Shown piece by piece: positions 24,063 through 36,464 of a DNA stretch of 64,000 nucleotides. The stretch lies in the NCBI GenBank assembly GCA_036785375.1, contig JAWMAR010000008.1, positions 12,586,001 to 12,650,000 on the forward strand, in the 5' to 3' direction. The position numbers were made by a program, and so were the translations under genes. The notes beneath the pieces are model-generated. The model saw only the letters and a list, made by a program, of their open reading frames with translations. It was not told where the DNA came from and ran no database searches. This DNA comes from Leucoraja ocellata (taxonomy: Eukaryota). The first letter of the stretch is position 1. Each line of letters begins with the position of its first letter.

Positions 24063-26950
24063 GTAAGATTCCACCCCTGCATCTTGATCGGACAAAACAG
24101 CTTTAACTAACTACATGTCTCATTGAGCAAAGCACTGAGCTAGTCAGGACCTGCTACCACCGGCAGCTCTGTGTAGCACTTCCAAGGACTCAAGCAGTGA
24201 GAGTGGGTGCAACATCCACAACCACCTTATAATTGTGAACGACATTGAAATCCAAGCTATTTACTTACAAAAGATAGACACAAAAAGCGAAACGAAAAAC
24301 GAAAGCCAAAAAACAGAAACGTTACCCATTCCTTCTCTTCAGAGATGCTGCCTGTTCCGCTGAGTTACTCCAGCTTTTTGTGTCGATCTTCGGTTTAAAA
24401 CAGCATCTGCAGTTCCTTCCCGCACATTTTATTTACTTACAAAAACAGTTCCGCTGAGTGAATTGTGGTAGTTTACATGGAGGGAATGAAAGCTCCGGGG
24501 AGTTCCTGTGTCTGGACAACCTGTCATGGGACGATGCGAAGAGCTGGGAGGAGATGAGTGAGATTAACCCCCCACCCCCCACACACCAATAACAACCACT
24601 GTTGACGATGTTATACATCTTATTGTGGATCCAAAAGCATAGATCAGACAAAAAGAAGTAATTAATGATCATGTTCAGGGAATTAAGAAATCCGATCCCA
24701 TACAACTGCAGTTATATCCACTATATGGGCCACAGATAGGGAGAATTCATAGTCTTTTCCCCAGAGTAGGGGAATCGAGAACAAGCAGTCAAAGGTTACA
24801 GGTGAGAGAGGAAAGATAAGAACCTGAGAGATAACTGCTTCACACAGAGAGTGGTGGGTATATGCGAGGAGCTGGCAGATACAGTGGTTGAGGCAGGTAC
24901 TTTAACATTTAAAATACTTTTAATTTGTGTACCATGAATAGGAAAGGTTTAGTAAGTCAAGTATAGGCAAATGGGACTAGCTTTAATGGGCATCCTGGTC
25001 GGCATGGACGTGTTGGGCCGAAGGGCCTTTGTCCATGCTGTAAGACTCTATGACTCAATCTGATGCATCATCGTACATCTAACTGTCAGGTGGGCAGGTA
25101 CAATACAGTCATATTCCTTGCCTTTATATTGCAAACCTGTTCCACAAAAGATGCTTCTAGTCAATAGTTTATGCTGAGTTCCCGTCATTCCACGCCCCCC
25201 CCCCCACCCCCCTGTATCATTGCACGATCCTGCTGCAGGAACCCCCTTGAGTGTTTAGCTCTGCAGCCTCGCATTACACTATCAACAAGCTGCAGTGACC
25301 CTGTGTGACCAGCAGGTAGTGCTCAATCACCACACGCAGCACGGAGAACGTCCAGCCCCAAACCCCTCACAGCGCCTGAGAACTGGGTTCGATCCTGACC
25401 TCAGGTGCTGTCTGTGTGGAGTTTGCACGTCCCCCTTGTGATCATGGGTGATCCTGTTTCCTCCCACATCCTGAAGACGTGCAGGTTAATTGGCTGCTGT
25501 AAATTTTCCCTGTTGTAAAGGGAGTGGGTGAGAAAGTGGGATAACATGGAACTGGTATGAACGGGTAATGTGAACAGGCCCTGTCTCCATGCCGTATCTT
25601 GCAATCAAATCAATCACTCAATCTTTGCCAAGGGCAACATGAAACTGCAGAATATTTATCTCCTGGGGTCTCCTGAATCTACACCTGAGCGCTGACCCCC
25701 CTGTACCCAGGCCACTGCACAATTATTAATGAATGCTGTGCTGACCACATGTCTTCTGATTCCCTTAATACCCTGGTCGGTACGGACTTGACACGGTGTT
25801 ATTAGCCCCTGTCCCACTTTCCCGAGTTACTCACGAATTCTCCCGAGTTTTCCTCTTGATTCAAACTTGGAGATGCCAGCCGGAGGTACTCGGGGCTAGT
25901 TTTTTTACTCGTGGACATTTTCCAACATGCTGAAAAAATATCCCGACTAAATGCCCCTAGTACCTACGGCTGGCATTACGAGTCGCTACGAAATATCTAC
26001 GGACTCCTACGACCTACGGACTCGCTACGGACATTCTCCGAGTTTGAATCAAGTGGAAAACCCGGGAGAATTCGTGAGTAACTCGGGAAAGTGTGACAGG
26101 GGCTGACTATGAGTTCCATGTGTACGGAGTTTGTACGTTCTTCCCGTGACATGCGTGGGTTTTCTCTGAGATCTTCGGTTCCTTCCCACACTCCAAAGAC
26201 GGACTGATCTGTAGGTTAATTGGCTTGGTATGATTGTCCCTAGTGGGTGTAGGGTAGTGTTAACGTGTGGGGATCGCTGGCCGGTGCGGACTCGGTGGGC
26301 CGAAGGGCCTGTTTCCGTGCTGTATCTCTATACTAAACTAAACTAAAAAGCCTGCAAACTATCAATTGCTGCATTAAGCAACTGTGACCACAGATCCTAT
26401 AGCGATAGGATCTTTGACTGTGACCGAGGATCCACTGCCCTCTGGGGATGAGAATTCCAAAAATTCTGAGTGATAACATTTATCCCATCACAATCTCAAA
26501 CAGCTGACGCCTTCTGCCGAGAATGATGCCTAATCCTAGACCTCGCTGGAAGCATCCTCCGTGTATCTGGCCGGCCTGTCGAGAAAACCCTGGAAGAAAT
26601 GAGATCTCCGGTTTTGCAAAGCTCCAGAGAACACACACAATCTTTCCTCATGGAGCCTGCTATCCCTGGGACCAGAAGATGGACACAAAATGCTGGGGTA
26701 ACTCGGGGGGGGGGGGGGGGGGGGGGGTCAGGCAGCATCTCTGGAGAAAAGGACTAGGGTCGGAACCCTTCATCAGCCCCACGGCACGTCCCAACCCGAA
26801 ACGTCACCTCTTCCTTTTCTCCAGAGATGCTGCCTGACCCGCCGAGTTACTCCAGCATTTCGTGCCTATCTTCAGTATAAACCAGCATCTGATGTTCCTT
26901 CCTACGCATTTCCCCTGGCACCAGTCCAGGGAACCTGCACGCCCTCTGTG

Positions 26951-27133
26951 TTTAAGAAGGAACTGCAGATGCTGGAAAATCGAAGGTACACAAAAATGCT
27001 GGAGAAACTCGGCGGGTGCAGCAGCATCTATGGAGCGAAGGAAATAGGCAACGTTTCGGAATCGAAACGTTGCCTATTTCCTTCGCTCCATAGATGCTGC
27101 TGCACCCGCTGAGTTTCTCCAGCATTTTTGTGT
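26951..27133. mobile_element. Palindromic PLE-derived insertion
   Basis: ~75-bp inverted arms; 18-bp direct repeat ACCTGCACGCCCTCTGTG at 26933-26950 and 27134-27151. Confidence 0.8.
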
Positions 27134-28842
27134 ACCTGCACGCCCTCTGTGGCAGCTGCACCTTTTTAAGATTAGGAGCCCCAAACTGAATTTAGTGTTC
27201 CAGGTGTAGTCTCACCAAAGCCTGCAGTTACATGCCCAGGCAACTCCAACATCGCCTCCAACCACCTGACACTAGCCACAGGCGCATGAGGGTGTGAATG
27301 AGTATTTTCCACCTAGAGTCATCGTGGAGAATTCAGGTTGGGGGATGGTACAATCCTGCAGCAAAATATAAAATGAGATCTCCGGTTTTGAGACGGTATT
27401 AGATATCTTAGTGAGTTTATATGTGGATTAGAGCCAAAAAGCCCATCGGCCCATCACATCTATGCCAACTATCTTCATCAGCCCATGTACCAACCTTCAA
27501 TGCGTTGGCAAGACTATTGGGAGTCACCTCTTAATATCTAAACACCTCTGAACCATTGTGTGAGAGTCTGCCTTCACCACCACCTACTAGAAGGGCCGAG
27601 ATGGCCTGTTTCCGTGCTGTAATTGTTATATGGTTATATGGTTACATTCCAGATTCCAACTATCCTCTGGGTGAAAAGATTCTTTCTCAGATCCTGTTTA
27701 ACCCACTTACATCGTTTCCTGCATCCATGCCATCTAGTCTTAGATACCTCTGATTTGGAGAAATGTTTCTAACTGATCACGCTCTCCACATGTCTCTCAT
27801 CGCGATGTATATCAACCTCCACCTCAAGCTTTCTCTACTTCATGGAAAACGAACCCAGACACAGTGGGTGGAAGGGTCGGTTACTGCGCTGTTTGTCTCC
27901 TTGACCACCCAGCACATTCTCCCTCGAGTCACTCACGGTCCTATGTCGAAGTTTATCGCTGGTCGTATATCGTAGTCACTGGATGTAATTCCCGATCTGC
28001 ATTCCCAACCTTGGTGTGGGAGATCTTCATCAGAAACACTGCAGCGGTTCCATGGGCAGGTCACGCCCATCTTCACTAGGGCAGTAAGGAGTGGGCAATG
28101 ACTGCCAGCAACACCCAGATCCCCAGAAAGGAATGTATAAGACCATCTATCTATGAATAATAAGACCATCTATCTTAATGGGAGCCCATCTCCAAGCCTG
28201 ACTACCAGCATTAACCCACAGCCCATAAACCACAGCCCAAAATGTGGGGGGGTTGCAGGTTAATTGGCCTCTACAAATTGCCCCGTGTGTGTTGGGAGTG
28301 GATGATAAAGTGGGATAACATGGAACTAATGTGAATGGATGATCAGCATGGACTGGGTGGGCTGAAGGTCCTGCTTCCATGCTGTATCAATCAAACTAAA
28401 ATCTCCATCACTGGCCCCCATTTTCATGACATGGCATCAGTGCCAAAATACAGAGCCAGCCCTCACCCAGACTAGATGAAGGCAGTGTGGAGGTGGTGAC
28501 TGAGGACTTGTTGGCCGGCAGTCATGATGCCTGAGTCTGTGGAATTCTCTGCCTCAGAGGGCGGTGGAGGCTGGTTCTCTGGATGCTTTCAAGAGAGAGC
28601 TAGACAGAGCTCTTAAAGATAGCAGAGTCAGGGGAGAAGGCAGGAATGGGATACTGATTGTGGATGATCAGCCATGATCTCATTGAATGGCGGTGCTGGC
28701 TCGAGGGGCTGAATGGCCTACTCCTGCACCTATTGTCTATTACTGACCGTCACTTTGAGCCCCGGGTTCTGCCGACAATGGCTCGGGGGATAGGCAGAGC
28801 CTGGTGAAGTAAAGACCACGGTGTGTGCCCTCGTTGTTGCAG

Positions 28843-29050
28843 ACCGCACCGGACGGCTGGAAGAACTCCGTGCGACACAACCTCTCCCTGAACAAGTGCT
28901 TTGAGAAAGTGGAGAACAAGTTTGGGGGCAACTCGAGGAAGGGCTGTTTGTGGGCCCTCAACCCCAGCAAGGTGCAGAAGATGCAGGAGGAGCTGCAGAA
29001 GTGGAGGAGGAAAGACCCCGCAGCAGTCAGGAAGAGCATGGCCAAGCCAG
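28843..29050 (+). CDS. FOXN1: FOXN1 forkhead exon, 208 nt
   Basis: ttgcag acceptor, CAG|GTGAGT donor; [26 protein letters not shown]...[10 protein letters not shown]...[17 protein letters not shown]. Confidence 0.97.
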
Positions 29051-29195
29051 GTGAGTGGGGAGCCCACGGTTGCCAGCCTTGCCAGTGTTGCTGCTGGGCT
29101 CCATCTCCTCAGGAAGTCCCTCAGGTCGAGGGTGACCTGCTCCAACTCCAGTCCGTGGGCTCCAAGGCTGCTGATTAATTCATGTTATTATTAGA

Positions 29196-29500
29196 GGGTG
29201 GCACAGTGGCTCAGCGATAGAGTTGTTGCCTTACAGAGCCAGAGACCCAGGTTTGATTCTCACTACCGGTGTTTGTCTGTATGGAGTTTGTACTTTCTCC
29301 CCATGACCTGGTGGGTTTTCTCCGCGATCTCCGGTTTCCTCCCACACTCCAAAGTTGTGTAGGTTTGTAGGTGAATTGGCTTGGTATCATTGTAATTTGT
29401 CCCTATTTGCGTGTGTAGGATAGTGTAAGTGTGTGGGGGTCGCTGGTTGATGCAGACTCGGTGGGCCAAGGGCCTGCCTCCATGCTGTATCTCTAAAACT
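29196..29500 (+). mobile_element. tRNA-derived V-SINE (HE1-like), near full length
   Basis: tRNA-like head (A/B-box-like), V-domain GTATGGAGTTTGTAC...CCGGTTTCCTCCCACA, CR1-like tail GGGCC.AAGGGCCTG...CTGTATCTCTAAAAC. Confidence 0.75.
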
Positions 29501-30014
29501 ACAAAAAAAATTATAGGAGCAGAATTAGGCCATTTGGACCATCAAGTCTACTCCGCCATTCATTCATGGCTGATCTATCTTTCCCTCTCAACCCCATTCT
29601 CCTGCCTTCTTCCCATAACCCCTGACAGACACCCTGACTATTCAAGAGCACTGATGTGGGAACCACAGACAAATGGGCAGGATGTCCCCAAGGGATGGGC
29701 GGGTGGGTAGTTTTGTTCATAGAATAGGCCCTTCGGCCCACAACATCTGTGTGACCATGCTGCCAACTTAAACTAATCTCCTCTGCCTACACCTGATCTG
29801 TATCCCTCTATTCCTGTAATCATAATTGTGTCTGCCTCCACTATAACCTCCGGCACAGAAATTAAATTGCTAATTTCTCTAATTAACGTGTGGCTTTAAA
29901 GGATAATATCTAAGAATTCTGCCTTCCTGCATCTTAGTAACCAGACGGCACACAATACTCCAAGTGTGATCTCTCCAGTGTCTTCTACAGTTGTAACATG
30001 ACATCCTAACTCTT

Positions 30015-30190
30015 AGGGGAGAGACAAGACTTTGCCTTCCATCACAGTGAAGAGCAGATTCACTGTGATGGATGTTTATGTGGATTGTGTTGGTGTGCGT
30101 CTTGGTTCTTTTCTTGTATGACTGCGGAAACCAAATTTTGTTTGAACTTCATGTGAGGTTCAGATGACAAATAAACGGTATTGTATTGTA
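30015..30190 (+). mobile_element. LINE 3'-end fragment; an inverted copy lies at 1-150
   Basis: TGACAAATAAA(TATTG)n tail; reverse-complement match to the window start. Confidence 0.55.
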
Positions 30191-30224
30191 GACTCAATGC
30201 CTTCTCCGGTGAAGGCAATTGTGC

Positions 30225-31200
30225 CAAATGCCACCTTTGCCACCCTGTCTGCACATGCCACCACTTTCAGGGAATCCTTGTATCTCCAGGCCTCTCTGGC
30301 CTCCAACATTCTCCAGTCCTCTGCTACTCACTATGTTTACCCTCGCCTGGATTAACTTCTCAAATGCCTCACTTTGTGCTTGTCTGATTTGCTCTTTGTT
30401 TTTCCATTCGATCTAGATGCTGTTATAACCTTCCTCGCTGTTCCACCTCAACACCAATTTTTAAGTCAACCATAACATTACTAATTATGTCACCTCAATT
30501 CTCATACAAATCATTAATATTGACAAACAACAGATCTAGCTTTGATTAACCACTGGTCGCTGGCCTCCAGTATGAAAAACATCCCTACACTATCACCCTC
30601 CGATTCCTTCCACCAAATCAATTTTATATCCAAATAGCTAGCTCACCCTGGATCCCATGAGAGCTCAATTTTCCAGAGCAGCCTGGCGAAAGGCCATGTA
30701 ATCAACATCTACCACCCTGCCCTTGTCAATCCTGTTGGTCGCTTGTTCAAAAAACTCTCTCAAATCATTGAGGCATGATTTCCCACGCACAAAGCCATGC
30801 TGACTATCCCTCATCAGTCCTTGCCTTTCCAAATGCAGGTAGATCCTGTTCCTCAGAATCCCCTCTCGTAACCTTCCCGCCACTGATGTTAGGCTCACCA
30901 ACCTGAGGTTTATTGGTGCATCCTTGCCTTCTCAAACAAAGAGCATCTTGGCGGCTAGCCACCCTCCAGTCTTCAGGTACCCCACCCACAGCGAAGAGAG
31001 GTACAGAAGTCTCTTCCAACACCCCTGAAGATGGGGATTATTATACCCATATTTCCCATAGTCAGGTTTGGGGATTCATCCACCATCAACTGCCACAAGA
31101 GTGCCAACACCTCCTCTTTTGTAACATTGATGTTTCGGGACATCTCCATTCTCTTCCGTGAATTCCCAGCTTCCATGTCCTTCTTCATTGTAAATACAGA
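30225..31200 (-). mobile_element. CR1 LINE RT-region relic
   Basis: VPEDWRVA; VSLTSVAGRL...SQHGFVRGKSCL...VDVDYMAF. Confidence 0.8.
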
Positions 31201-31644
31201 TATCTATGACCACCCCTATCTCCTGCAGCTCCTCTGGACTCCTCAGTCAGCAGGAACACCCTCCCTGGATCCAGTCTGTTGATCCCACCACGTATTTTAC
31301 ATGCTCCAAGTGTGGTTTATTCAAAGTTCAACATTAGTTACCTACTTTTCAAATTCCATTCCTCTAGAAATAAAGCCTGCTTAATCCGCTTCATTTTTTA
31401 ATAATCTTGCTCACAGATATGCAGGGACTAGAGAGATATTGGGTCACGTGCAGTCGGGCAGAGGAGATTAGTTGATCCAATCATCATGTTTGACTCGGTC
31501 ATTGGGCCTGTTCCTGTGCTGTACTGTTCAATCTATGTTCATTGAAATCTACGGGAGAAGTCAGATTAACCAGTGGGGGTGAGGATTCCTGTAGAATATT
31601 CCTGTGTATGATAATATCATTATATTCAACTGTTTTTCTAACAG

Positions 31645-32097
31645 ATCAACTGGATAGATTAATTGGAACAAAGCCTGATAATAGCAGGTCTCCAGTGATG
31701 GTGCCACCTCCCGTACACCTTGAAGCTGGATTGTGTTCCTGGGACACTCCCTACTCCCAGTATCTGGGCCAGGTTCAGTCTCAGTGCCCACCGGCCCACC
31801 CTCGACTTCACCGACACGGCCGGGGCAGAGTTCGGGCAAACGCCCGCCTGGACCTCTCCAAACGTAGATCCCTGCCTCAACCTCATCGGCCTGGGCAGAG
31901 CAGAGCCCCAGACGAGGGCGTGCTGGAACCATGCCGGTCAGGTCAGAGCCTGGCGACCCACAGCATTGCTCACAGCAGCAGCCAACTGCACAGCCAGCAG
32001 CTGGCAGCCAAGGATGCACGGGACATCCTCGTGGAAGGAGATCCCAGCACGGACATCGACGCCCTTAATCCCAGTCTCATGGACTTCGAACTTCAAG
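31645..32097 (+). CDS. FOXN1: FOXN1 penultimate exon (start of acidic activation domain), 453 nt
   Basis: ttctaacag acceptor, AAG|GTAAAC donor, phase 1/1. DQLDRLIG...EGDPSTDIDALNPSLMDFELQ(G) matches the FOXN1 D(I/L)DA(I/L)NPSL.DF..QG motif. Confidence 0.92.
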
Positions 32098-32826
32098 GTA
32101 AACCCCAGCCTCAGGCTGATCACACTCCTGGATGAAAAAGGCTTGGGTTCAAATGTTGAGAGAGATGTGGTCACTGTGGGTTAACAGTTTCAAGCTGAGG
32201 ACAGCCTTCCTCTGATGCTTCAGTTGATGATTATATGCACACGCACATATACACACATTTACATGCACACACATACAAGCACACACATACACATATACGC
32301 ATGTACACATACACACACCAGGTGTTGAGTTCAGATCCTGCCCTTTGTTGTTATCCAATGTTTATCTCAACGTGAATCTAAATCGCCCTGGTATACAAGC
32401 GAGTTCTTGCTCTTCATCATTGGGATTCAAGCTCGTATATGAATAACTCCAATGAATAAGGTTGCTGACAATGCCAAAATGGGAGGAGTGCAGTGAGGAA
32501 GGCTGCCAGAAGATACAGTGGCGTGTAGACCAGTTGCTGAGACTGGTGGAAAAATGGCAGATGAAGTTTAATGCAAGTAAATGTGAGGTGTTGCACTCGA
32601 GGAGTGGAGTCAAGGGATATGGGGAGAAGGCAGGCACGGGTTATTGATAGGGGATGATCAGCCATGATCACAATGAATGGCGGTGCTGGCTCGAAGGGCC
32701 GAATGGCCTCCTCCTGCACCTATTTTCTATGTTTCTATGTTAGGAGGTTGAATGCAAGGGGAGATTTTACAGTTAATGGCAAGACCCTCAACAGCATTGA
32801 TGTGCAGAGGGATCTTGAAATACAGA

Positions 32827-33160
32827 TTTTGCTTGGGCAGCTTACAACCCAGCGGTATGAATATTGATTTCTCTCATTTCAATTAACCCCTGTATTCCCT
32901 TTCTCTCCGTCCCTCCCTCACCCTCGTTGCCTTGCCAGTTTCACTGTTGCCCCTCATTATCACCTCTTCCACAGCCACCAATGGACCATTGTGGGCTCCA
33001 CCTTTCCTTGGTCACCAGGGCCAGTTCTGATTTGTTCTGTACTTTTTCCAAACCTCTAATTTCCCTCTCCCAACTGTGTCTGATGAAGGGCTACCTATTC
33101 ATTTGCTCCAGAGATTCTGCCTGACCCACTGAGTTACTCCAGCACTTTTTGTCTACTTTG
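32827..33160 (+). mobile_element. Penelope-like element 3' end (second copy)
   Basis: FCLGSLQPSGMNIDFSHFN*, then the same UTR as 193-605, GTCTGATGAAGGG and the shared tail CCAGAGAT.CTGCCTGACCC.CTGAGTTACTCCAGC. Confidence 0.7.
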
Positions 33161-34668
33161 GGCTCATGGAGTTGGTGGTAATGTACCAACATACATTAAG
33201 AATCGGTTATCGGACAGAAAGCATAGAGTGGGAGTAGCGGTTGCTTCCTAGGCTGTCAGACTGTGACCAGTGGCCCATCACAGGGGTCGCTGCTCAGACC
33301 CCAGCCACTCAAAACCTAGAAGATCAACGAGTTGGCTGAGAGACCATATGGCTTATTTCGAGCTTTACTGACAACAATTGTGGGATTGTGGGGGGGAGAG
33401 GAGGAAGTGAAGAGACTTGAGGGGGATATGGAGAAGCTGAGTGAGGTCAGAGCAGGTGGAACACAGTATTGCCAACTGGGATGGCCAACACCCACTATAG
33501 TGCACTCAACAGAGGCGAGATCGGGTGGTGTTGATGTTGACAGGGGCCTGGGTGCCATTATACAGGACAACAAGCAGCCATATAACCAGCAGTCAAAAGG
33601 CAAATGGTACGATAACCTTTATTATGAGGGAGTTTGATTACAGGATGAGAAAATCTTATCAGAATTGTACAGGGCCTTAGAGAGGCCACACTTAGCTACT
33701 GTGCTATCGGTCTCCTTACTTAAGAAAGGGTAGAGTTGCCACAGAGTGAGTGCAGTGAAGCTTCATCAGACTGCTTCCATGGAAGGTGGGGAGATCTTCG
33801 AGGAGATTGAGCAGAGTGGAGGTTTATTGCCTAGAGTTTAGACAACTGGGAGGAGACCTCATTGAAACATACATCCCTCCCTCCCTCCCTCCTGTAGCCC
33901 TATTTTCCCGGGTCCTCTATGTACATCACATGTGCTCTGAAGACGACCTGCAGCTTCTCAGTGCACCAGGGCATTGGAAAGCAGCAGAAGACCTCTGTCT
34001 GAGAGGCAGTGGGGACATTGGCTTCACTGACAATGCCCGTACCCCCGACAAACCAATAAACAGTAGACAACTTTATCAAGCACCTAAACATTTCACTTCA
34101 ACTCTCCAGCACGTTGGCGCGCTGGTTAGCAGACAACTCTCATCAACAGGTGAATCAAACAGAACTTGAAAAAATACAATTCATAAACTATCACAGTCAC
34201 TTTAGGAATGTTGACTAATTATCGAAGAACTAGGTGCACAAACAGTAGTTACATCCTTTGGATTTTGATATTAAAAAGCAGAGTTCACACATGATATCAA
34301 TGCATTGAAGATCGGGGCTAGCAGTATTAATTGATGCGTGCAGATAATTTGACCTCAAAAGATCATTCCAATCAGAGCATTGTTCAATTTGCCCGACAGG
34401 ACAGATGAAAGGTCCCGGTGTAAAACAGTTGTGAACTGTTTTCCTTTCCACACATGCTGCCCGACCTGCTGGGGGTTTCCAACATGTTCTGCTTTTCATT
34501 CAGATTTCTAGCATCTCAGTTGTCACCAGTTGACACAGATCGGGCTCCTTGTCTGTCTTTAAGTTGCTGTTGATTCTTTACTAATATTAATTTGAATCCT
34601 TTGCAACATTAGAATTTGTGGATTTGACCTCCCAGTGTGCCACTGATTTTGCTGATTTAATCTCTGTT

Positions 34669-34676
34669 CCCCCCCC

Positions 34677-34734
<58 letters not shown>

Positions 34735-34758
34735 ACCCCCCCCCCCCCCCCCCCCCCC
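34669..34758 (+). repeat. ~90-bp poly-C tract at the FOXN1 last acceptor
   Basis: Seen directly. Confidence 0.95.
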
Positions 34759-34766
34759 ACTGACAG

Positions 34767-35000
34767 GTAACTTGTGGAAGTGCTGACCGATGAGAGTTTA
34801 ACCCTCGACCGCTGGTCTCCATGGTGATGTCACCACAAAGCACCTCGCTGGTTCCATTCTGCTGGGCAGAGGTGACCGGGCTGAGCCAGGCCTGGAGCTC
34901 GGAGGGCAGCCTGGCTGAGCCTGGGCTGCTGGAGATGTGTGGGGGCAGTCCAGGCTCCAGGCCCTGCCCCATGGAAGGAGGCACCAGCCCCACACACTGA
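34767..35000 (+). CDS. FOXN1: FOXN1 last coding exon with apparent 1-bp deletions (as written, TGA at 34784)
   Basis: After the poly-C tract: tgacag|GT AAC TTG TGG. Restoring one G (~34777) and one C (~34810) gives GNLWEVLTDESLTLDPLV..., matching FOXN1 GNLWEQLKDDSLALDPLV. Stop TGA at 34998-35000, or TAA at 35003-35005 if there is a further indel. Confidence 0.8.
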
Positions 35001-35058
35001 TGTAATCAGCCAGGGATTGTGGCCCAACAACTGCTGAGAAACAACACAACCTCAAGCG

Positions 35059-35180
35059 CCTCACATTTCGCTTGGACAGCTTGCAACCCAGCGGTATGGG
35101 GTCTCCACCCAAAATGTCACCCATTCCTTCTCTCCACAGATGCTGCCTGACCCACTGAGTCACTCCAGCTTCTTGTGCCT
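35059..35180 (+). mobile_element. Internally deleted Penelope-like fragment in the FOXN1 3' UTR
   Basis: LTFRLDSLQPSGM-coding piece fused directly to the 3' half of the pLTR. Confidence 0.55.
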
Positions 35181-35606
35181 GTCCCAGATTGGACAACCAC
35201 CACTTTGCCAAAACCCACTGAAGCTGCTCCCATGGAGAGGTGCTGGACACACACACATATTCAGCCAATCACAATGCAGGACAATGCTTCGCTACAACAA
35301 ATTATAGCACAAGACACGGACACACGGCCAATCACGGTGCTGAACATGGTTTGGACACAGCCAATGGCGGTGCAGGAGAATGACGTTACTTACAGCAAAT
35401 CAAAGGCGTTGATACTTTTGTTTGTGAGATACCTCTGGGAAGGATGTCTGGATGAAAGACTCCTTCCCCGGGCACAACTGCTGCCAAAGAGCAGGCCATA
35501 AGCTCCCTGGTGTTCCACGCTCCACATTGGTGAAGTGGTGGGCTCCCTCTGAAATAACATCATCGGCCACAAATTTCAGAGGCAATGACAATTAATTCAA
35601 ACATTA

Positions 35607-36120
35607 AGCTAATCTCTTCTGCCTACACGTAATCCATATCCCTCCACTCCCTGTATATCCATGTGCCTGGTAAATGCCACCATTGTATCTCCTTCCATTG
35701 CCAAGCAATTTGTTCTAGACACCCACCTCTCTGTGTAAACAAAAACATCCCTTTTAATCTCTTCCCCTCGAATCTTAAACTTATGCATTTGGTCTTTAAT
35801 ATTTCTACGTTGGGGGAAAAAGGTTTGGCCAGTCTACCCAATCTTTATTTTATATACTTTCATCAGGTCACCGCTCAACCTCCGACGCTCCGGAGAAAAC
35901 AATACAGGGTTGTCCAACCTTTCCGTGTAGTTAATACCCTGCATTCCAGGCATCATTCCGGTAAATCGCATCCGCACCCTCTGCAAAGCCTCCACATCCT
36001 TCCTGTAAAGGGGTGACCAGCACCGCACACAATATTCCACAACCAAAGACCCACAAAGCTGCAACATGACTTCCTGATTGTTATCGGTGCCCCAACTGGT
36101 GAAGGCAAACAGACCAGAGG
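35607..36120 (-). mobile_element. CR1 LINE fragment in the FOXN1 3' UTR region
   Basis: EYCVRCWSPLYRKDVEALQRVRMRFTGMMPG...RRLSGDLMKVYKI. Confidence 0.8.
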
Positions 36121-36335
36121 CTTTTTCTAGAGTCAGTGTGAGAGGGTGTCAGTGGGTGACTATGTGGCACGCGTGTACTAGTGTGACTGTTCACCACATC
36201 TGTCCCTCGGTCCAAAGGGAGACCAGTCTCGTGGGGAACAGCATCGCTGAACCCACCCACCACGGAGGCGCCGATAAATGCAGAACTGTTTCAAATTACG
36301 TGCCTTTTACTGACGGAAACCTGTACATATTTTAT

Positions 36336-36341
36336 ATTAAA
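36336..36341 (+). terminator. Candidate FOXN1 polyadenylation signal (ATTAAA)
   Basis: ATTAAA with an upstream TGTA and downstream GT-rich sequence, just before the convergent UNC119 signal. Confidence 0.4.
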
Positions 36342-36458
36342 TGGTTTGAAGTGGCCACTGTGTTCTAGTCTGCTGCCTCTGGAAACATTCAGCAGATCGG
36401 GCAGCGACAGTGGAGGAGGGAGTGGACCTCAGGCTCAATTGTAACAGCGTGCACTGTC

Positions 36459-36464
36459 TTTATT
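36459..36464 (-). terminator. Candidate UNC119 polyadenylation signal (AATAAA on minus)
   Basis: TTTATT on the plus strand ~1.55 kb beyond the UNC119 stop. Confidence 0.5.

Larger units (their letters stand above)
15198..26465 (+). repeat. Duplicated segment copy 2 (~11.3 kb)
   Basis: Starts right after the gap; colinear with 3840-14977. Confidence 0.97.

Noticed and set aside
29196-29275. tRNA gene
   Set aside because: It is the tRNA-derived head of a SINE, continuing into V-domain and LINE-like tail; no complete cloverleaf.
35098-35125. Active ribozyme in the FOXN1 3' UTR
   Set aside because: The PLE fragment lacks the CUGANGA half and GAAA is mutated.
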